From NCBI RefSeq assembly GCF_009914755.1, contig NC_060946.1: a DNA stretch of 64,000 nucleotides; one strand, written 5' to 3'. Every line of letters starts with the position of its first letter. Position 1 is the stretch's first letter. Of this stretch, positions 1 through 13,489 are shown piece by piece. The position numbers and the translations under genes were made by a program. Source of the DNA: the human T2T-CHM13v2.0 reference genome, Homo sapiens. The notes below the pieces were generated by a model that was not told where the DNA came from, searched no databases, and worked only from the letters and a program-made list of their open reading frames with translations.

Positions 1-2482
1 TAGAATGGAATGGAATGAAATAGAGTGGAATGGAGTGGAGTAGAGTGGAATGGAATGTAGTGGAATGGAATGGATTGGAAAGGAATGGAATGGAGTGGAT
101 TGGAAAGGAGAGAAGTGGAATGGAGTGAAGTGGATTGGAATGGAGTGCAGTGGAATGTAATGGAATGGAAAGGAGTGGAGTGGAATGGAGTTGTACGGAG
201 GGGAGTTGAATTGAATGGAGCAGAGTGGAGGAGAATGGAGTGGACTGGAGTAGAGTGGAATACAATGGAATGGAGTGGACTGGAGTGGTGTATAGTGGAG
301 TGGAGTGAAATGGAGAGGAGTGAAATGGAGTGGATTGGAATGGAGTTGTCTGGAATGGAATGCATTGGAATGGAGTGGAATAGAGTGGAGAGGAGAGGAA
401 TGAAATGGACTGGAATGGAGTGGAATGGAATGGAATGGAGTGGAATGGAATGAAATGGAAAGCAATGGAGGGAAGTGGAGTGGAGTGGCATTGAGTGGAG
501 GGGAATGGATTGGGGTTTAATGGAATGGAATGGAATGGAATGGAATGGAGAGAAATTGAATGGAGTGGAATGGAATGGAATGAACTGGAGTGGAATGGAA
601 TGGAGTGGAGTGCAATAAAATGGAAAGGAGTAGAATGGTTTGGAATGGAGTGAAATTGAGTGGATTGTAGTGGAATGGAGTGGACTGGAGTGGAAAGGAA
701 TAGACTGGAGTGGAATGGAATGGAGAGGAATGGAAGCTAATGAAATGGAGAGGACTGGAATGCAATGGAATGGAATGGAACGGAATGGAATGGAATGGAG
801 TGGAATGGAATGGAATGGAATAGAAGAGAATGGGTGCTGAGATTGTGCCACTGTGCTACAGCCTGTGGGACAGGGGGAGATCCTGTCAAAAAAAAAACGG
901 GTTGAATGGAATGCAGTGGAGTGGAGTGGAGTGGAGTGGAAAGGAGTGGAGTGGAGAGGAATGGAATGGACTGGAGTGTAATGGAATGAAGTGGAGGGGA
1001 ATGGAATGCAGTAGAGTGGAATGGAAAGGAATGGAGTGGAGTGGAATGGAATGGAGTGGAGTGGAATGGAATGGAATAGAATGCAGTGGAATGGAGTGGA
1101 ATAGAATGCAAAGGACTGGAGTGGAATGGAAAGGATTGGAGTGGAGCAGAATGGAGTGGAGTAGGGTGGAGAGGAGTGGAATCGAGAGGAGTAAAGTGGA
1201 ATGGAGTGGAGTGGAGTGGAGTGCACTGGATTGGAATGGAGTGGATTAGAGTTGAATGGAATGGAATGGAGTATAATGGAGTGGAGTGGAGTGGAGTGGA
1301 TTGGAGTGGAATGGAGTTGATTGGATTGGAGTGGAGTGAAGAATGAAATGGAGTGGAATAAAATTTAATGGAATGGAGTGGAGTGGAATGGTTTGGAGTA
1401 TATTTCAATGGATTGGAGATGCAGGGAGTGGAGTACAGTGGAATGGAAAGGAATGGAATTAAGAGGAGTGGAGTGGATTTGATTGGAGTTGAGTGGAGTG
1501 GAGTGGAATGCAATATACTGGAGTGGAAAGAATGGATTGGAGTGGAATGCAATGGAATTGAGGGAAATGGAGTGGAGTGGATTGAAGAGGACTGGAGTGG
1601 AGTGGAATGGAATAGAGTGGACTTGGGTGGAGTGGAATGGAATGGAATGGAATGGAATGGAATGGAATGGAGTGGAGAGGAATGGAATGCAGTGTCATGG
1701 AGTGGAGTGGAGTGGAATGGAATGGAACGGAATGCAGGGGAGTGGAGTGAAAAGGAATGGAATGGAATGGAGGTGTGGTGTGAAGTGGAATGGACTGGAA
1801 TGGAATCAGATGTAATGGAATGTAGAGGAGTGAAGTGGAGTGGAATGGAATGGAATGGAGTGCAGTGGAGTGGAGTGGAGAGGAATGCAGTGGAATGGAG
1901 TGGAATGGAGTGCAGTGGAGTGGAGAGGAGCGGAATGGAGTCGAATGTAATAGGATGTAATAGAGTGGAGCCGAGTGGAATAGTATGGAAATGAATGGAA
2001 AGAACCAAACGGAACAGAATGGATGCTGAGATTGTGCCACTGTGCTACAGCCTGTGTGACAGACAGAGGTTGTGTCGAAAGAAAGGAGTGAAAGGTGATT
2101 CAGTGGAGTCGAGTGGAGTGCAGTGGAATGGAGTGGAATGGAATGGAATGGAGTGGAATGCAGAGGAGTGTAGTGGAGTTGAGTGGAGTGGAATGGAGTG
2201 AAATGGAGTGGAGTGGAATGCAATGGAATGGAATGGGGAGTGAAACAGAATGCAATGAAACATAATGGAATGGAATGGAATGGAATGGACTGCTATGGGT
2301 GCTGAGACTGTGCCACTGTGCTACAGCCTTTGTAAGAGAGGGAGATCCTCTCAAAAGAAATTAATGGAATGGGATGGAGTTGTTTGCAGTGGAGTGGAAT
2401 GTAGTTGAGTGGAGTTGAGTGGAGTGGAATGGAGTGGAGTTGCGTGGAATGGAGTGGAGTGTAGTAGAATGGAATAGAGAGG

Positions 2483-5353
2483 AGCGGAGTGGAATGGAAT
2501 GGATTGCAGTGGAATGGACTTGAGTGGAGTGGAATGGACTGGAGTGGAATGGAATGGAGCAGTCGAGTGGAGTGGAATTTACTGGAGTGGAGTGCAGTGG
2601 AATGGAATGGAATGGAATGAAGTGGAGTTGAGTGGAGTGGAGTGGATTGAAGTGGAAAGGAAAGGAGTGCAATGGAATGCAGTGAAGTGGAGAGGAGTGG
2701 AATGAAGTGAAATGGAATCAGATGTAATGGAATGTACTGGAATGGAGAGGAGTTCAATGCAATGGACGAAATGGAACACAACGGAATGGAACAAAACGGA
2801 ACGGAACGGAATGGGTGCTGAGATTGTTCCACTGCACTACAGCCTGTGTGACAGAGGGAGATCCTGTTGAAAGAAAGGGGTGGAATGGGATGGCGTGGAG
2901 TGGAATTGAGTGGAAAGGAGTGGAGTGGATTAGGGTGGAATGAAGTGGAGTGGAGTTGAATGGAGTGGGGTAGAGTGGAATGCAATGAAGTGGAGAGGAG
3001 TGGAATGGAATGGAGTGGAGTGGAGTGGAAAAAACAGGAGTGGAGTGGAATGGACTGGAGTGGAATGGAAAGGAATGGTGTGGAATGGAAAGGAATGGAA
3101 TGCAACAGAGTGGAATGGAATGGAAAGAAGTTGAGGGTAATGGAGAGGAGTGCAGTGGACTGGAGAGAATTTGAGTGGAATGGAATGAAATGGAGTGGAA
3201 TGGAATGGAATAGAGTAGAGTTGAATTAACTTGAATGCAGTTGATTAAACTGGAGTGGAATGAAATGGAAATGAATGGAGTAGAATAGAGTGGAGTGGAG
3301 TGGCGTGGAATGGAGTGGAATGAAATGGAATAGAATTGAATGGAGTTACAGCCTGTGTGACAGAGGGAGATCCTGTTGAAAGAAACGAGTGGAATGGTAT
3401 GGAGTGGACTGGACGGGATCGGAGTGAAGTGGAGTGGAATGGAGAGGAATGGAGTTGAGTGGAGTGGAATGGAGTGGAGTGGACTGAAGTGGAATGGAGT
3501 GGACTGGAATAGAATGGAGTTCAATGACTTGGAACGGAGTGGAGTGGAATCGAATGGAAAGAAGTGGAATGGCATGGAGTGGACTGGATTGGAGTGGAAT
3601 GAAGTGGAGTGGAATAGAATGGACTGGAATTTACTGAAATGGAGCGGAATGGACTGGAGTGGAATGGAATGGAATGGAGTGGAATGGGATGCAACAGAGT
3701 GGAGTGGAGTGGAATGGAGTAGAGTGGAGTGAAGTGGAGTTGAGTGGAATGGAGTGGAGTGGAGTTGAATGGAGTGGAATGGAGTGGAATGAAGTGGAGT
3801 GGAGTGGAGTGGAATGGAGTGGAGTGGAATGGAGTGCAGCGGAGTGGAAAGGAATGGAGAGGAGTGGAGTTGAGTGCAGTGAAAAGGAGTGGAGTGGAGT
3901 GGAGTTGAGTGCAGTGAAGCGGAGTGGAATGGAATGGATTGCAGTGGAATGGACTTGAGTGGAGTGGAATGGACTGGAGTGGAATGGAATGGAGCAGTCG
4001 AGTGGAGTGGAATTTACTGGAGTGGAGTGCAGTGGAATGGAATGGAATGGAATGAAGTGGAGTTGAGTGGAGTGGAGTGGATTGAAGTGGAAAGGAAAGG
4101 AGTGCAATGGAATGCAGTGAAGTGGAGAGGAGTGGAATGAAGTGAAATGGAATCAGATGTAATGGAATGTACTGGAATGGAGAGGAGTTCAATGCAATGG
4201 ACGAAATGGAACACAACGGAATGGAACAAAACGGAACGGAACGGAATGGGTGCTGAGATTGTTCCACTGCACTACAGCCTGTGTGACAGAGGGAGATCCT
4301 GTTGAAAGAAAGGGGTGGAATGGGATGGCGTGGAGTGGAATTGAGTGGAAAGGAGTGGAGTGGATTAGGGTGGAATGAAGTGGAGTGGAGTTGAATGGAG
4401 TGGGGTAGAGTGGAATGCAATGAAGTGGAGAGGAGTGGAATGGAATGGAGTGGAGTGGAGTGGAAAAAACAGGAGTGGAGTGGAATGGACTGGAGTGGAA
4501 TGGAAAGGAATGGTGTGGAATGGAAAGGAATGGAATGCAACAGAGTGGAATGGAATGGAAAGAAGTTGAGGGTAATGGAGAGGAGTGCAGTGGACTGGAG
4601 AGAATTTGAGTGGAATGGAATGAAATGGAGTGGAATGGAATGGAATAGAGTGGAGTTGAATTAACTTGAATGCAGTTGATTAAACTGGAGTGGAATGAAA
4701 TGGAAATGAATGGAGTAGAATAGAGTGGAGTGGAGTGGCGTGGAATGGAGTGGAATGAAATGGAATAGAATTGAATGGAGTTACAGCCTGTGTGACAGAG
4801 GGAGATCCTGTTGAAAGAAACGAGTGGAATGGTATGGAGTGGACTGGACGGGATCGGAGTGAAGTGGAGTGGAATGGAGAGGAATGGAGTTGAGTGGAGT
4901 GGAATGGAGTGGAGTGGACTGAAGTGGAATGGAGTGGACTGGAATAGAATGGAGTTCAATGACTTGGAACGGAGTGGAGTGGAATCGAATGGAAAGAAGT
5001 GGAATGGCATGGAGTGGACTGGATTGGAGTGGAATGAAGTGGAGTGGAATAGAATGGACTGGAATTTACTGAAATGGAGCGGAATGGACTGGAGTGGAAT
5101 GGAATGGAATGGAGTGGAATGGGATGCAACAGAGTGGAGTGGAGTGGAATGGAGTAGAGTGGAGTGAAGTGGAGTTGAGTGGAATGGAGTGGAGTGGAGT
5201 TGAATGGAGTGGAATGGAGTGGAATGAAGTGGAGTGGAGTGGAGTGGAATGGAGTGGAGTGGAATGGAGTGCAGCGGAGTGGAAAGGAATGGAGAGGAGT
5301 GGAGTTGAGTGCAGTGAAAAGGAGTGGAGTGGAGTGGAGTTGAGTGCAGTGAA
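2483..5353 (+). repeat. Near-identical tandem duplication, 2 x 1,435 bp
   Basis: 2483-3917 is repeated at 3918-5352. Identical ORF translations recur at a constant 1,435 offset (2579/4014, 2940/4375, 2960/4395, 3376/4811). One substitution seen (3217 A vs 4652 G). Confidence 0.95.
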
Positions 5354-6720
5354 ACGTAGTGGAATGGAGTGGAATGGACTGGAGTGGATTGCAATGGACT
5401 GGAGTGGAATAGAATGGATTGGAGTGCAATGCAATGGAATGGAGAAAAATGGAGTGGAGTGGATTGAAGTGGAGTGGAATGGAGTGGAGTGGAATAGAGT
5501 GGAATGGAGGGGAGTGAAGTGAAATGGAGTGGAGTGGAATGGAATAGAATGGTTTGGAGTGGAATGGAATGGAGTGGCGTGGAGTGGAGTCGAGTGGAAT
5601 GGAATGGAATGGAATGCAGTGGAGTGGAGTGGAGTGAAAAGGAATGGAATGGAATGGAGGTGTGGACTGAAGTGGAATGGAGTGGAATTGGATTGGATGT
5701 AATGGAATGTAGTGGAATGGAGTGGAGTGGAATGGTATGGAACAGAATGGAGTGGAATGGAGTGCAGTGAAGTGGAGTGGAGTGGAGTGGAAAGGAATGG
5801 AGTGGAATGGAGTTGAATGGAGTGCAGTGGAGTGGAGAGGAGTGGAATGGAGTTGAATTGAATTGGAGGTAATGCAACGTAGTGAAGTGGAACGGATTGG
5901 AATGGAATGGAACGGAACGGAATGGAATGGAATGGAATCGAACGGAAGAGAATGGGTGCTGAGATTGTGCCACTGTGCTACAGCCTGTGTTACAGAGGGA
6001 GAGCCTGTCGAAAGGAAGGAGTGGAAGGGTATGGAGTGGAGTAGAGTGGAGTGGAGTGGAATGGAGTGGAATGCAGTGGAATAGAGTTGAGTGGAATGGA
6101 ATGGAGCGGATCGGAGTGGAATGGAATGGACTGGAGTGGAATGGAATGGATTGGAGTGGAGTGGAATGGTGTGGAGGGGAGTGGAATGGAATGGAGTAGA
6201 GTGGAAAGAATTCGAGTGGAGTGGAATGGACTGGAGTGGACTGGAATGGAATGGGGTGGAATGGAAGGGAGTGGAGTGGAGTGGAATGGAGTGGAGGGGA
6301 GTGGAGTGCAGTGGAGTGGAGTTGAGTGGAATGGAATGTAGTGGAGTGGAATGGAATGGAATGAAGAAAAGTGGAATTTACTGGAAGGGAGTGGATGGAA
6401 CTGTAGTGGAATGGATTGGAATGGCGTGGAAAGGAGTGGAATGGAGTGGAATGGAGTGGAATGGAGTGCAGTGGAGTGCAGTGCAGTGGAGTGCAGTGCA
6501 GTGGAATTGAATGGAATGGAATGGAATGGAATGGAATGGAGTGGACCGGAATGGAATGAAGTGGCGTAGAGAGAAGTAGAGTAGAATTGAATGCAACACA
6601 ATGGAATGGAACGGAATGGGTTTTGAGATTGTGCCTCTGTGCTACAGCCTGTGTCACATAGGGAGAACCTGTCAAAAGAAAGGAGCAGAATTGAATGGAG
6701 TGGAGAGAAGTGGAGTGGAG

Positions 6721-6884
6721 TGGTTTGGAGTGGAATGGAGTGTAATGCAGTGGAAAAGAGAGAAATGGATTGGAGTGGTATGGAGGGAAGTGAAATGAAG
6801 TGGATTGGAGTGGAATGGAGTGTAATGCAGTGGAAAAGAGAGAAATGGATTGGAGTGGTATGGAGGGGAGTGAAATGAAGTGGA
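6721..6884 (+). repeat. 80-bp tandem duplication within the satellite
   Basis: tgg(t/a)ttggagtggaatggagtgtaatgcagtggaaaagagagaaatggattggagtggtatggaggg(a/g)agtgaaatgaag occurs at 6721 and 6801. Confidence 0.9.
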
Positions 6885-9800
6885 GTGGAGTGGAATGGAC
6901 TGGACTTTGGTGGAAAGGACGGCAGTGGAGTGGAATGGAATGGAGTGGAGTGGAATGGAATGGAGTCGAGTGGAATGGAGTGGAGTGGAGTGGAATGGAC
7001 TGAAATGGAGTAGAATGGACTGGAGTGGAATGGAATGGAATGGAATGGAGTGCAAAGGAATGAAACAGAGTGGAATGGATAGAAGTGGAATGGAATGGAA
7101 TGGAATCGAATGGAGGAGTGGAGTGGAGTTTAATTGAGTGGAGTTGGGTGGAGTGCAGTGAAATGGAATGGAATGGAATGCAATGGAGTGGAGAGGAGTG
7201 GAGTGGACTGGAAAGGAATGGAGTGGAATGGAGTGCAGTGGAGTTCAGAGGAGTGGAATGGATTGAAATGGAATAGGATGTAATGGAATGTAGTGAACTG
7301 GAGTGGAGTGGAGTGGAATGGAATGGAATGCAACAGAACGGAACGTGGGCTGAGATTGTGCCACTGCATTACAGCCTGTGTGACAGAGGGAGATCGTGTC
7401 GAAGGAAAGCAGTGGAATGGGATGGAGTGGAGTGGATTGGAGTGGAGTAGAGTGGAATGCAGTGGAGTGGAGTGATATGGATTGGAGAGGAATGGATGGA
7501 GTGGAATGGAATGGAGAGGAGTGGAAAGGAATGGAGTGGATTGGAGTGGAATGGAGTTGAGAGGAGTGGAATGGCCTGGAGTGGAATGGACTGGAATGGA
7601 GTGGAATGGAATGGAATGGAATGGAAAGGAATGGAGTCAAGTGGTGTAGAATGGAGTGGAGTGGAGTGGAGTGGAGTTGAGTACAGTGGAATGGAGTGGA
7701 GTGGAATTGAGTGGAGTGGAATTGAATGGAATGGAATGGAGTGGAGTGGAATGGAATTCAACGGAGTAGAGTGGAATTTACTGGAAAGGAGTGGAATGAA
7801 CTAGAGTGGATTGGAATGGAATGGAGTGGAATGGAGTGGAGTGGAGAGCAATGGATTGGAGTGGAGTGGAGGGGAATGGAATGGAAAGGAGTGGAATGGA
7901 ATGGAGTGGTGAGGAGTGCAGTTGAGTTGAATGGATAGAAATAGAAGGTAATAGAATGGAATGGAATGGATTGGAATGGAATTGGTGCAGAGATTGTGCA
8001 ACTGTGCTACAGCCTGTGTGACAGAGGTAAATCATGTCGAAAGAAAGGAGTGTAATGGGGTGGGTTGGAGTTTAGTGGAGTGGAGTTGAGTGGAATGGAA
8101 TGGAATGGAATGGAGTGGAGTGGAGTGAAATGGAGTGGAGTGGAGTGGAATGGAGTGGAGTGGAATGGAGTGGAGTGAAATGGACTGGAGTGGAGTGGAG
8201 TGGAATGGAATGGAGCAGAGAAGAGTGGAATGGAATGGAATAGAGTGGAAAGAACTGGAGTGGAGTGGAATGAACTGGCGTGGAATGGAAAGGAGTGGAA
8301 TGGAATGGAATGAAATGGAATGGAATGGAATGGAATGGAATGGAATGGAGTGGAACGGAATGGAATGGATTTGAGGGGAATGGAGAAGAGTGGAGTCGAT
8401 TGGAGTGGAGTGGAGTGGAGAGGAGTTGAGTAGAATGGATTGGAATAGAGTGGAGTTCAATTTGCTTGAATTGAGTTGAATGGACAGGAATGGAATGGAG
8501 TGGAAAGGAATGGAGTGAAATAGAGGGGATTGGAGTGGGGTGGAGTAGAGTGGAGTGGAATAAAGTGGAGTAGAATTCAATGGAGCTACAGCCTGTATGA
8601 CAGAGAGAAATCCTGACGAAAGAAAGGAGTGAAATGGGATGGAGTGGACTGGACTGGAGCGGTGTGAAGTGGAGTGGAATGGAGTGGAATGGAGTTGAGT
8701 AGAGCGGAATGGAGTTGAGTGGAGAATGGAGTGTAGTGAAGTGCAGTGGAGCAGACTGGAATGGAATGGAGTGCAGTGACATGGAACGGAGTGGAGTGGA
8801 TTCGAATGGAAAGGAGTGGAATGGGATGGAGTGGACTGGAATGAAGTGGAGTGAAGAGGAGTGGAATGGATGGGAATGGAATGGAATGGGAATGGAGTGG
8901 ACTGGAAAGTAATGGAGTGGAATGGAGTGGAGTGGAGTGAAATGGAGTGGAATGGAATGGAATGGAGTGGATAGGAATTTACTGGAAAGAAATGGAATTA
9001 ACTGGAGTGGATTGGAATTGAATGGAGTTGAAGGGAACGGAATGGAGAGGAATGGAGTGGAGTGGAGTGGAGAGGAATGGAGTGGAGTGGAATGGATTGG
9101 GAAGGTTTTACTTGAATGGAGTGGAATGGAATGGAGTGGAATGGAGTGGAGTGGAGTGGAATGGAGTGGAGTGGAGTGAAGTGGAGTTGAGTGGAATTGA
9201 ATGGAGTGGATTGAAATGGAGTGGAGTGGAATGAAGTGGAGTGGAATGGAGTGGAGTGGAACAGAGAGGAGTGGAGTGGATAGGAGTGGAGTGGGACAGA
9301 GAGGAGTGGAGTGGATAGGAGTGGAGTGGAGGGGAATGGAATGGAATGGAGTGGAGTGGAACGGAGTAGAGTGGAGTGGAAAGGAATGGAGTGGATTGGA
9401 GTGGAGTGGAGTAGAGTGCAGTGAAATGGAATGGAATGGAATGAAATGGAATGGAATGCAATGGAATGGAATGGAGTGGAGTGCAATGGACGGGAGTGGA
9501 ATAGAATGGATTGGAATGGGATGCAATAGAATGGAGAGAAATGGAGTGGAGTGGATTGAAGTGGAGGGGAATGGAGTGTAGTGAAATAGAGTGGAATGGA
9601 GTGGAGTGGAGTGGAATGGAGTGGAGAGGAATGGAATGGAACGGAATGGAATGGAATGGAATGGAACGGAACGGAACGGAACGGAACGGAACGGAACGGA
9701 ATGGAATGGAATGGAGTGGAGTGGAATGGAATGCTATGGAGTGGAATTTCCTGGAAAGGAGTGGAATTAACTGGAGTGGACTGGAATTGAATGGAGTGGA

Positions 9801-12800
9801 AGGGAATGGAATGAAGAGGAATGGAGTGGAGTGGAGAGGAATAGAGTGGAGTGGAGTGGAGTGGAATGGTGGAGTGGAGTGGAATGGAATGGAGTGGAGT
9901 GGAATGGAATGGAGTGGCTTGGAGTGGAGTTGAGTTGAATCAAATTTAACTGAATGGAATGGAATGGAATGGAATGGAATGCAATGGAATGGAATGGGTG
10001 CGGAGATTGTGTAACTGCGTTACAGCCTGTGTGACAGAGAGAAATCATGTCCAAAGAAAGGAGTGTAATGGGGTGGGATGGAGTTGAGTGGAATGGAATG
10101 GAGTGGCGTGGAATGGAGTGGAGTGGAGTGGAATGGAGTGGAGAGGAATGGAGTGGAATGGAATTGAGTGGAGTGAAATGGAATGGAGCGGAGTGGACTG
10201 AAATTGAATGGATCGTTGAGTGGAGTGGAGTGGAATGGGGTGGAGTGGAGTGGAATGGAGTGGAATGGAATGGAGTGGAGTGAAACGGAATGGAGCAGAG
10301 CGGAGTGAAATGGAATGGATCGGAGAGGAGAGGAATTGAATGGAGTGGAGTGGTATGGACTGGAATTGAGTGGAATGGACTGGAGTGAAATGGAATGGAA
10401 TGGAGTGGAATGGAATGGAGTGGAAGGGAATGGAGTGGAGTGTGGTGGAATGGAGTGGAGTGGAGTGGAGTTGAGTGGAATTGAATGGAGTGCAGTGGAA
10501 TAGAATGGAATGGAGTTAACTGGAATTTTCTGGAATGGAGTGGAATGGACTGGAGTGCAATGGAATGGTGTGGAATGAAATGGAATGGAGTGTAACGGAG
10601 TGTAGTGCAGTAGAGTGGAGTGGAATGGAGAGGCCTGGAGTGGAGTGGAGTGGTATGGAATGGAATAGAACGGGGTCGAGTGGAATGGAATGGAGTGTTG
10701 TGGACTGGAGTGGAGTGGAGTGGAATGGAATGGAGTGGTGTGGAGTGGAGTGGAGTACAGTGAAGTGGAGTGCAATGGAATGGAATGGTATGGAGTACAG
10801 TGAAATAGAGTGGAATGGAATGGAGTGGATTGGAATGTAGTGGTGTGCAATGGAACCGAATGGAGTGGAGTGGAGTAGAATGGAGTGGAGTGGAATGGAA
10901 TGCAACGGAATGCAGTGGAGTGGAATGGAATGGAGTGGCGTGGAATAGATTTGAGTGAAATTGAAAGGAATGGAATGGAATGTCATGGAATGGAATGGAA
11001 TGGGTGTTGAGATTGTGCCATTGTGCTACAGCCTGTGTGACAGAGGGAGATCCTGTATAAAGAAAGGTGTGGATTTGGATGGAGTGGAGAGGAGTGGAGT
11101 GGAGTGGAATGGAGAGGAACGGAGTGGTGTGGAGTGGAATGGAGGGGAGTGGAGTGCAGTGGAGTGGAATGGATGGGAGTGGAGTGCAGTGAAGTGGAAT
11201 GGAGAGGAACGGAGTGGTGTGGATTGGAATGGAGTGGAGTGGAGTGGAGTGGAATGGAGTGGAGTGGACTGGAGTGGAGTGGAATGGAGTGGAGTGGACT
11301 GGAGTGGAGTGGAGTGGAATGGAGTTCAGTGGGGTGGGGTGGAGTGGAATGGAGTAGAAAGGAATGGAGTGGAGTGTGGTGGAGTGGAGTGGAGTGGAGT
11401 TTAATGGAATGGATTGGAGTGGAATGGAATAGAATGGAGTGGAGTGGAATGGATTGGAGTGTTGTGGATTGGAGAGAAGTGGAATGGCATGGAGTGGAAT
11501 GGAATGGCATGGAGTGGAGTAGAGAGGAGTGGAGAGGACTAAAGTGGAGTGGAATGGAATGGAGTGGAATGAAGTGGAATGTAGTGCAGTGCAGTGGAGA
11601 GTAGTGGAATGGACAGGAATGGAATCTTATGTAATGGAATGTAGTGGAGTGGAGTGGAATGGAGTGGAGTGGAGTGTGGTGGAACAGAATGGAACGGAAT
11701 AGAGTGCAACGGAATGGAACAGAACGGGTGCTGAGATTGTGCCACTGCGCTACAGCCTGTGTGACGGAGGGAGATCCTGTCGAATAAAAGGAGTGGAATG
11801 GGATGGAGTGGAGTGCAGTGGAGTGGCATGGAGTGGAGTGGAGTGGAATGGAATAGAATGGAATGAAATGCATGCTGAGATTGTGCCACTGCACAACACC
11901 CTGTTTGACAGAAGGAGACCCTGTCGAAAGAAAGGACTGGAATGGGTTGGAGTGCAGTGTAGTGTAGTGGAGTGGAGTGGAATGGAGTGGAGTGGAGTGG
12001 AATGGAGTGGAGTGGAGTGGAATGGAGTGGAATTCAGTGGAGTGGATTGTAATGGAGTGGAGTGGAGTGGAATCGAGTGGAGAAGAGTCGAATGGAATGG
12101 AGTGCAGTGAAATGGAAAGAACGGGACTGTAGTGGAATGGAGTGGAGTGGAGTTGAATGGAATGGAATGGACTGGAGTGGAATGGAATGGAATGGTGCGT
12201 AATGGAATGGACTGGAATGCAGTTGAATGGAATGGAGTGGAGTGGAACAAAATGGAATGGAAGGAACCAGAATGAAACGGAACAAAATGTGTGCTGAGAT
12301 TGTGTCACTGTGCTACAGCCTGTGTGACAGAGGGAGGTCCTGTCGAAAGAAAGGAGTGAAATGGAATGGAATGGGGTGGAGTGGAGTGGAGTGGACCAGA
12401 ACGGAGTGGAGTGTAGTGGAGTGGAATGCAGTGGAGTGGAGTGGAATGGAGTGGAGAGGAGTAGATGGAGTGGAGTGGAGTGGAATGGAGTGGAATCGAT
12501 TGGAATGGACTTGAGTGGAATGGAATGGACTGGAGTGGAATGGAATGGAATGGAGTGGAATGGAATGGAGTGAAGTGGAGTGGAATGGATTGCAGTGGAG
12601 TGGAGTGGAGAGGAATTGTGTGTAACGGAACAGGGTGGAGTGGAATGGAATGGAATGGAGTGGAGTGGAATTTACTGGAGTAGAGTGGTATGGACTAGAG
12701 TGGAATGGAATGGAATGGAGTGGAACGGAATGGAATGAGTGGAGTGGAGTGGAATGTCGTGGAGTGGAGTAGAATGGAGTGGAGTGGAATGGAATGCAAC

Positions 12801-13235
12801 GGAATGAAGTTGAGTGGAATGGAATGGAGTGGTGTGGAGTAGACTTGAGTGAAACGGAAAGGAATGGAGTAGAATGCAATGGAATGGAAAGGAATAGGTG
12901 TTGAGATTGTGCCATTGCTCTACAGCCTGTGTGACAGAGGGAGAACCTGTCGAGCGAAAGGAGTGGAATGGGATGGAGTGGAGTGAAGTGGAGTGTAGTG
13001 GAGTGGAATGGAGAGGAACAGAGTGGTGTGGAGGGGAATGAAGTGGAGTGGAGTGGAATGGAGTGCAGTGGAGTGGGGTGGAGTGGAATTGAGTAGAAAG
13101 GAATGGAGTGGAGTGTGGTGGAATGGAGTGGAGTGGAGTTTAATGAAATGGATTGGAATGGAATGGAATGGAATGGAGTGGAGTGGAGTGGAGTGGAATG
13201 GATTGGAGTAGAGTGGAGTGGAGAGCAGTGGAATG

Positions 13236-13489
13236 GAGTGGAATGGAATGGAATGGAATGTAGTGGAATGGAATGGAATGGAATGGAATGTAGTGGAATG
13301 GAATGGAATGTAGTGGAATGGAATGGAATGGAATGGAATGTAGTGGAATGGAATGGAATGGAATGGAATGTAGTGGAATGGAATGGAATGGAATGGAATG
13401 TAGTGGAATGGAATGGAATGGAATGGAATGTAGTGGAATGGAATGGAATGGAATGGAATGTAGTGCAATGGAATGGAATGGAATGGAAT
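13236..13489 (+). repeat. Homogeneous 30-bp minisatellite [TAGTG(GAATG)5]n
   Basis: TAGTG at 13261, 13291, 13311, 13341, 13371, 13401, 13431 and 13461 inside pure GAATG repeats. Confidence 0.9.
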
